A stretch of 64,000 nucleotides of DNA from Octopus bimaculoides (lineage: Eukaryota): the NCBI RefSeq assembly GCF_001194135.2, contig NC_068981.1, positions 187,549,840 through 187,613,839 on the forward strand, written 5' to 3'. A program made the translations under genes and the position numbers. Positions 55,491 to 64,000 of this stretch are shown piece after piece. Under the pieces are notes generated by a model, which was not told the origin of the DNA, ran no database searches, and saw only the letters and a program-made list of their open reading frames with translations. The first letter of the stretch is position 1; every line of letters begins with the position of its first letter.

Positions 55491-56258
55491 CCACTTCAAT
55501 GTCAATGGCTTATATCTCAATTGCCACCCAATCGAGCAACCAAATGTTGATTCTTTGTATCTGAAATACAATTTTCTAAACTGTCACAATATTGACATTC
55601 TTATTGCGCATTGTTAAAACAATGAAAATTAATTTTCCATTCCTTAACTATACCTGTTGGGATCCATTATTCACAATAATAAAAGATATATTTATTCACA
55701 ACCGTAATGTTATTTACAGCAATAAATGATATTATTTTTATTATCTGTTGCATCAGCGATTAATCTTTTACTACTAGAAGTGGCTTTATTTGACATAGAT
55801 TTTAATTCTTATCTTATTTGCCCAGAATCACTGCTTGACTTGTTGAGGTTCGCTTTTGCTGTTTAGCAGTGACACCGTGACAATCACTGCTAGGCTTAGC
55901 TTTTGCCTCATACAGCGGTCTTGGGGTTGTCCCTGACGTTAATGCATAGACAGTGTTATCCACTGATTGCTTGTATGGAGAGAGTTCTGAGGCTTGTATT
56001 TTACCACGTTTTATAAATAGGTAAGGATGCTTATCCCTACCCAAATTCCATTCTTATATTATTTGTGAATGGTGTAACTAGTTCAATGCTGTTCGTATAG
56101 TTTTATGTTATCAACGGATGTCATGCAGTAGGCTGGTGTCTAACAGGTGGACGGGGAACACATACGCCGGGAAACCGGGCCCATGAGCCTGGCTAGGCTT
56201 TAAAAGGGAGCATAAATAAATAAATAATATATATATATGCGGTGTATATATATATATA

Positions 56259-56345
<87 letters not shown>

Positions 56346-57039
56346 GCACGCATGCACAGACACAGACACACAGACAAGCACACACGCACATATGTATGAA
56401 CATTTTTACTTCCATGATATAAATACGTAGATAGGCAGATACAAAACACACAGTGCTCTAATAGCATTATGATTTCATTGAATGCCTGGCAATTTGTAAT
56501 GTTTTTTTTCCATTCAGGCGTCAGAATGCTACTTCTTATAATAAATCGATACTCATACCATCTGCTGATCAACAGAGAAAGTTCAGTTAATTATCTTAAC
56601 CTCAGGCGCAACACAACGAAAGCAACAATCTACAACCTTAGTATCTATGCGGTGTTATGGTCTGGTGCTTTATTCTGTCATCCATTCCTTTTCACAACTA
56701 TACACACAAACATACGTCAACACACTAAAGAGCTTAGTTAGGTAATTGAATGAAGTAGTTTTGCTTTTATGATATAATTATTTTTCAATGAACTTCTATA
56801 AATGCAAAATTACAATTATTTTCAATTCCACCAATTGAGTCTGGAGGGTAAAATAAAAAAAAAGATGTATATTTATATATTTATAACGTTTATCACTCTT
56901 CGCAACTTGATTATTGTATCTATTTACTACAGACATCGTAATAGAGTTCGTTGATTACAATATTCAAAAGTACTTAGCATTAGTCGGCTTAACACATCTC
57001 AAGTCTTTGTTTTTTTTTATAGAATCTACAAGTGAATGC

Positions 57040-57740
57040 GCGTTTTATACAATCTTGTGTCTTTAATAGAACTAACAAGTCTCTCTGTCTTTATACAATG
57101 TAAAATTGTATGAGTCTTTGACAGAACAAACAAGCGTTCGTGTCTTTGATACAATGTACAAGTATATGTGTTTAAAATCCTGCGTCTTTTAAATATCTAC
57201 TCGTGTATGTGCTTATAATTCTGCATCTTCTTTTCACCTGCAAGTGGATGTGGCAGTAATACAAGTGTTTGTGCTTGTGTCTTTAATACAATGTACTAGT
57301 GTGTGTGTGTGTGTGTGCCTATAAATCTATGTCTTTATGCAATCTACAAGATCATGTATTTGCAATACAAGTTTCCGCGTCTTCAACCCAACTTACAAAT
57401 CTTGTCTAATTCAATCTCTTACTGTATGTGTCTGTAAAACAATTTAAACAACTGCTTGTGTCTTTATATATAATCTGCTATATTATATCTTTAACGATGC
57501 AATTCTGCATCTTTGCACCAACTTACTAGTCTCTGTGCCTTAATAAATTTACAACTGTATGTGACTTTAATAAAAGTTTGTGTGTCTTTAATAAAACTAC
57601 ACAAATCTTCGTGTCTTTATGCATTATACTAGAGTATCCACTTTAATACATCTTTCTATATTTAACAGACCTTGCGATTATCTGTGATTTTATAAAGTCT
57701 ACTAGTGCATGTGTCTTTAATAATATATCTCCTCGTTTTT
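57040..57740. repeat. Old degenerate ~27-29-bp tandem repeat (approx. GTGTCTTTAATACAATCTACAAGTCTAT), left part
   Basis: Recurrent gtgtcttt(a)ata/gcaat..acaagt units at roughly regular spacing. Confidence 0.75.
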
Positions 57741-57742
57741 GA

Positions 57743-59961
57743 TATCGGATTTTGCAGTCATTTTCGTACGTTTGTCACTCAATTTGGTAATCGGGTCATT
57801 CAAAGTCACGAAAAAAATTAGCGCCATGAAGTTAGTCATTCAAATTAGTTTTACGATCATTAAATTTCGCACTTCGATCAAAATATTTAGTATTTACATC
57901 GTTCAAATTAAAATGTCCGTCGAGAGCATTCAAATGAGTCGGAATGCGAGGAAGCGTCTTTTCGAGCCTTCAAATTTGTTTCGGAGCTATCTATGTAGCA
58001 CTTAGCACGATAGCTATTTTGGTTTTATCTCATGGTCATTGTTATCATAATCACGTGTTTTCATCGATTGTGTATGCTTTAAGCACTCTATAGTTCCATG
58101 TCTTTTCTGTGTATTCTTTTATTTTTGCATAGGTATATGTATTTAGTGCTAAAGACTTCATGAAATCACATTCCAATCTTTTCACTTTTTTAAAGAAACA
58201 GCTACAACAAATGCTCATTTTCTTTGATTTTCAATACATTATATAATGTGTTCTTCCTTTGCTTAATATGTTGGGAAAAATATATATTTCTTTGATTTTT
58301 GCATTTTTCCTTTCATAGAGAAAGAGTGCAATGTACATTAAGATAATTATTGATTTACAGTCTTGATAAGGAGAGTTCGTTTTAGAGGATTTAGCTGTCT
58401 ATTTCCTGGCGGTCGAGACATCTTGGGAGGTAGGTTTGGGTGTGTCTATCGCAACGAACACAATTTTCTGGAGTGATAGCGTCGATGTTACGCCTTGTGG
58501 CAAGTTGTATGACATGTGCTCGCCATTCTTTCATGATCATTCTGGCTTCTTCTGCGGCTGCTCGGTCGCCAACCCTTTGTTGCAACTCAACTCGACTCGA
58601 GCGAGGTCCCGCTTGACAGCCGTCTTAAAGGCAGAATGCGCCATTTCCGTACAACTAAGAAACTGCGAGTAGGGAGGGGACAATAGTTTCAGACTGATCC
58701 GTAGGCTGACGTCAGCTGGAAGCTCGGCACGAACGTGTGGCCCCGCGTTATTGTAGATCAAGTAGACGGATTCAATCGCTTGGAACATATCGGCATATGC
58801 TCTAACTGTTTCCGCCAAGAACTCGAAAGCGTTTCGTGCAAAGGTATCATTTGCAATGGAGTGGTCAACCAGGCCGATTTGCCCCGACATCACGAACGTG
58901 ATTACAGTTTTTCCCACGCTGACGGTTGACAACTCAGCGAACAGGAACGCCTCGAGGAGCTCATCTAAAAGACCACCTGGTCCAAATGTTGTACTCACAT
59001 TCATCAGTGGATACGCAATGGCCGACGACCCCCTCTTCTATGAACCAATGCGCGTATTCATAACGCTTTTCCTGCATTCTTGGGAGCATTTCTTGCATCT
59101 GGGCCGTCTTCGGCCAACTTCATAGTTATCAACATCCCATCTAGAGCCAATGAAATTGCAGACACGGAAACAGGGGGGCTTTCCGGGCAATGCTGCCTCT
59201 AAGTCCCTCTTCATCCGTTGAAGGATTGTGAGTAGGTTGGCATCAATAATCACATGAAGCCTGGCTCGCATTTCCTCATCGACCTTAACGTGGTGAGCAC
59301 CTCTTCTGGGCAACTTGTAGCGCCTCTCAGACCGTAGGTAGATCGCTACTATGGATCGGACACTACTCCTTTTAATGCCGAGTATGTCTGCCGGTTCCAG
59401 GTAATCAGTTTGATGCCCGTCGAAAGTATCAACCAGCCTTGCTCTATCTTTGTCCGATATACGCATGTACCTCACGCGTGGCCCCATGATTACAAGTTGG
59501 TGTAAGAGGAAAGGATATAAAATGCAACTGATACCAACCGGTTACGAATGTTGCAATGAAAAATACAGAAGAATCACGCAATTTATTTCTCCCTTGTAGC
59601 TATAACAACATAATAAAATTTGCATGACAAAATATGTCATTTAAATTTGTCATTTTTAACATTCACTTCTTAGAATGTGAGTAAAAACACGTATGTAAAA
59701 TTTGTGCTAAATTGAATAAACTTATTCTGAACTCGAATGCTCGAAAAGATGCTTCCTCGCTTTCCGACTAATTTGAATGCTCTCGACGGGCATTTTAATT
59801 TGAATGATATAAATGCTAAATTCTTTGATCGATGTGAAATTGAATGATCGGCAAACAAATTTGAATGACTAACTACATGACGCTAATTTTTTTCGCGAAT
59901 TTGAACGACCCGATTATTAAATTGAATGACAACTGAACGAAAATGACTTCAGAAATCTATA
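57743..59961 (-). mobile_element. Tc1/IS630-like DD34E transposon with ~240-bp TIRs
   Basis: Left arm (~57743-57975) and right arm (~59735-59960) are imperfect reverse complements with TA-like termini; a transposase pseudogene lies between them. Confidence 0.88.
58391..59487 (-). pseudogene. DD34E transposase, frameshifted
   Basis: N-terminal HTH-like region (MGPRVRYMRISDKDRARL...). First D in VSTDECEYNIWT (~59000). Second D mutated to N (IYNNAGPH), then 34 residues to E (PPYSQFLSCTE). C-terminus ...YLPRCLDRQEIDS*. Split across at least three frames. Confidence 0.88.
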
Positions 59962-59964
59962 TAT

Positions 59965-60200
59965 CTTAAATGTCTTTTTGTATTTATACAATCTATGAGT
60001 CTATGTGTCTTTAATGCAAGTCTGTCTTTAATACAGCTAAAAAATCTCAGAGTCTTTATGCAATCTACTCCTTTCTGTGTCTTTCATAATATAACACCGT
60101 GTCTTTTGTACAACATACTCGTCTCTGTTTCTTTAATGCAGCTTACTAACCTCTAATGTTTTAATACAACTTGCTGGTCTGTCTTTCTTTAGTACAATAG
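59965..60200. repeat. Continuation of the degenerate ~28-bp tandem repeat
   Basis: The same gtgtctttaat..caa units resume immediately after the transposon. Confidence 0.7.
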
Positions 60201-60354
60201 GACTAGAAACTAGCTTCATAGTACTTGATTGTTACTGGCAGCCATGTTCTGGGAAACGATGCAGGACTAAAATCGCTTTTAAGAGAAACGAAGACACTTT
60301 AATTAATTTATCGCGCAAATAACTTCAGAAAGGCAGTGATATCTTTCCACTTTT

Positions 60355-60737
60355 ACCTTTTACTTGTTTCAGTCCTTAAACTGCGGCCATGCTGGGGCAC
60401 CGCCTTGAAGAATGTTTAGTCGAATGAATCGATCTCAATGCATATTTTTTAAAGCCTGATACTTATTCTGTCGGTTGTTTTTGCCGAACTGTTAAGTTAC
60501 GGAGATGTACACTCATCAACACTAGTTCAAGCGATGGTAGGACACACATACATACACACACACACTCACACACAACACACGACGGGTTTTCAGTTTCCGC
60601 CTATCAAATCCACTCAGGGCTTTGGTCGTCCCGAGGCGATAGTAGAAGACACTTGCTGAAGGTGCCATACAGCGGGATTGAACTTGAAACCACGTAGTAG
60701 GAAGGAAGAGTATTACCATACAGCTACGCGTGCGCCT
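60355..60737 (-). mobile_element. SINE family S1
   Basis: Reverse complement of S1 with a central (CA)n tract. Confidence 0.8.
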
Positions 60738-61099
60738 GACAATATTTATAAAATCCCCCTTAAGCCATAACTGTGTGCTTTATTTCGTATTTATTACTCA
60801 ATTTGCTGGCAAATAGATTGCAATAATAAATACATTTTAGTGTTTTCTGTTAATGGTCTCTTATTGTTCGTCAAACCGAAAGAGATTTTATTTTCAAAAT
60901 CTGAAAGAAATTGCTACCTCTAGAACTGGTATACATATTTAATCTCGAGGTTATGAAATTGGTATTTTATGTGATACATGAACAAAGGTTTCTTCAAGTA
61001 GCATTTTTCATAAAATTTCTGACGAATTTAATAAGTAGCTCATAGATTTGAACTAAAATGAAAACGATTTCAGCTGGACGGGGGAACCAACACTAGTTG

Positions 61100-61400
61100 A
61101 GAGAGTTGTTCATTGGGGAGATAACAATAAATATATTACTCGAGTTACTTACTGACATCGTATCATATGCAGACGACATTTACAATTCAACAAAATAGTT
61201 AAGAATCAAATATGAATAGAATTCAAACAATGTCCCAGACTTTCGTAGGGAATATGTGGAGACTGTACGTTTCTTAGTATGTTGATAGAAAATAACGTCG
61301 ATTTCTTAGATTAAAGTTATAAATGAGAAAATCGCTATTGCCATCGCCATATTATTACCTGGAATAAATATTCTGAAAGATTATTTCTGATATAGGCTAC
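61100..61400 (+). mobile_element. Possible degraded LINE RT fragment
   Basis: TAT GCA GAC GAC (YADD) at 61166-61177 in a stop-ridden frame; little other support. Confidence 0.35.
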
Positions 61401-63858
61401 CTTCTCTAGCACCCCCAGCGCAATTTTTTTTTATAGCAGTGGAATATAGGAGGCGCAGGCGTGGCTGTGTGATAAGAAAAGATCTATTCAAAGCACTAAT
61501 GGTGATTAAAATAGCTATGTACCATAATTAACGTATATATACGTTGTTGACTGGCAAATTATTGCGGTATTCGTCCGAGATAACATCTCTTGTGGGCTTA
61601 CCTCGGAAAGAGACTAAAAGACGTCCTAGCAGCAACTAACGAGAAAATCAGATGCATTTCGTCCTAGCTAGATGACTGTTTTAACCCGATACTGCTTTAC
61701 ATGTCTATACTGGAGTAATGATAGATGTTTTATCGACTGGAAGAGTAAGAAGAGAAAGCAGTACCTTTAGCATTCGAACACGGAACAACAACGTTGGTAA
61801 TTTATTACAGTAAACAAATTAAAAAAAAAACAGCCCACTGAAATATTCTCACTATAATCTCTACATCTTAAATATCAAAACATTATTATTAGACTAAATT
61901 TATTAAATGTAAAAAGCACATTATAAAAGCATATTTTAAAGGAAATTGAAGCTATCTTATCTCCAGGAACTACGGCTGTATGCTTCCATTAAGACCTCTA
62001 TCTATGTTAGTTATCTTATATGTTTACGAACTAAAGATGTTGTAAGATCATTTCCGAGAAGATATTACTACTAGATATATCGCTAAAGTCATTCATTGTG
62101 TCGGTTAAAATTAATGGAGTTAGTAGTTTATTAACAAAAGAAAATTAAATGAACAAACGAATCTGAAAGTAAATTTTAGAGTTTAGTAAATTAGTTAATT
62201 GTTTCCCTTTCTTATTGTACTGTTTTCAATCTCCATTAACAATGTAGTAGCTGTTGTTATTATGTAGGCACAGTTTGGAAGAATAGTTAGGGAATTCAAT
62301 TCGTAACCACGATATTCCTGGTTCGATCTCACTACGCTGTACCTTGCGCAAGTGTCTTTTTTTTCTTTCATGACCAACGCACTGTGAGTGAAAACAGAAA
62401 CTGCATAGGAATCGTGTTGGGTGCATTGTACCTGAAATTCACTGTGTCCCGATGGTATATCCAGAGAATTCTGTTAAGGCAACGCGGATCTGTGAACTAT
62501 GAATCCAGATCGTCGAATGACTATGACCCGCCATATTATTGTGGCGGCTCAAATCATCCTCTTTGAGTCTACATATGTCAAAATGACGGTCAAACGACTT
62601 AGTGCGAATCACATATCTCTGGTCATGAAATATTTGCTTTTTGAGGAGAAATAAACTGCATAATACACTAGACATGACAAGCATTATTCTCCCCGTCTTT
62701 TTCTGCATGCATGTAACTTTTTAATCCGGTTACTTCGGAGGCCTGCAAGATGAACTGGGCCTGAACACTAAACCCTGCCGTCTTAGAAATGGATGAAAAT
62801 GCTTGATAATAGAGCAGAGCCGTGTTAGTAAAGAAACTGCGTGATCACAGAAAAAATATATTTAACGTAGAAAGTTGTATGAGTTGAACTAGAAACTATG
62901 TGGTAAAAGATTCTCGCTGTACTTTGATATATTAACGAGAATATAAATATAGCGTTAAGTAAGGTGAAAGACTATTTGGACTGGTTTTTTTTAAAACTTC
63001 AATATATTCAACGAAAGCAATCAAGTTTCAGTCTATATATATCTGTTTGTGGTGTCTAGAACGGCCTGAAGCGCAATTTCAATCATTATTTAAAACAATC
63101 AAACGTCACTCTTGTTCTATCCTTAATTTTGCTTATATTTCGACTGTTGAAAGTTTGTGCATCGGTGTCAACAAAAGAATCGTTGCTTTAGGGACTATTT
63201 TTAACATGTCGATCAACCCCTGTTATAAATATCCCCTGAATGTTTCTAAAATCACTCCATAACATCTTTGAGAACACAAGGAAACGTTAGATATTTTAAA
63301 TGCTTCATACTACTAATAATATAGGATGGACACCACATAATGACAGTTACCATAGGTCTGCTTTATCAGCTGATCTATAACAACAACAACAGCAACATCA
63401 CCAGCCGTTTTATTTAGTAATATGGTGAATTCCTCTGTGGATTTCGATGTATGATAGTCCAGGAGCCATTTCTTAGACTAGCCACACAGGTGTTTTATTT
63501 TCTGTGGTGAAGGCTTGTGTGGGATCAGCTACACTTTTATGGAAATGCCGAGAGCAGAGAGTTTCTATTGGAGTTCTTCATCGCCTGAGTTAGTTGCTTA
63601 GAGTTAAACCCACCTTCGTAGGCTAAATATAACAAACCAGCAATTTCGAATTCCCCACGCATATACATAATATCATGCTACTGCATGGCCGTTGACTCTT
63701 CATAGTTCATCCGCCCTTGTTTTTCATCCTTCAGGCTGTCCAAACGTAACAAGTTTCTTTTTCAGTTACACGTTACTGGCAGCACTCAAGAACGACCTGA
63801 CCATCTCTCTCTCTCTCTCTCTGGCTATCTGAATACATACACATGCACACAACACACA

Positions 63859-63902
<44 letters not shown>

Positions 63903-64000
63903 GTATTCCTGGAAGCAGACTATGTGCAAAAAGTAATTTCTTGGTGAGATAAGTTCGAGACTAGCTCCACCTGCTGTTTGTGGCTAATTCATTTCATGTA

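Noticed and set aside
56518-56741. Strong acceptor and GTAATT donor around a 90-codon ORF
   Set aside because: No recognisable protein; such signals are frequent by chance in AT-rich DNA.

Overview
AT-rich eukaryotic, non-coding and repeat-dominated DNA. The SINE families and dense (CA)n/(TA)n/(TATG)n/(TATC)n tracts look like an Octopus (coleoid cephalopod) genome; this is inferred from pattern recognition, not a database match. Eight N-gaps lie at about 14074-14254, 14804-15634, 17140-17248, 18791-19273, 23285-23615, 24526-25062, 32752-32843 and 45516-46314, most next to microsatellites. I recognise no host protein-coding exon, rRNA, true tRNA or CRISPR array, so the window is probably intergenic or a very large intron. 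Every recognisable coding remnant is transposon-derived: a Neptune-like Penelope-like element (PLE) with a GIY-YIG domain, RTE, Tx1, CR1/L2-like and other LINE fragments, two DD37D-type mariner relics, and a DD34E Tc1-like element with long TIRs. There are also MITEs and dozens of tRNA-headed SINEs. The most notable signals are (1) two minimal type I hammerhead ribozyme motifs with intact cores plus two decayed ones, all at PLE-like ends; (2) a PLE ORF with an in-frame poly-Asn/Ser linker and an altered YIG motif; (3) a 440-bp element with interlocked inverted repeats resembling DIRS termini; (4) a hAT MITE whose subterminal motif has expanded into a 19-bp minisatellite; (5) a ~240-bp inverted duplication spanning 1.9 kb; and (6) a fold-back palindrome at the 5' junction of a Tx1 LINE.
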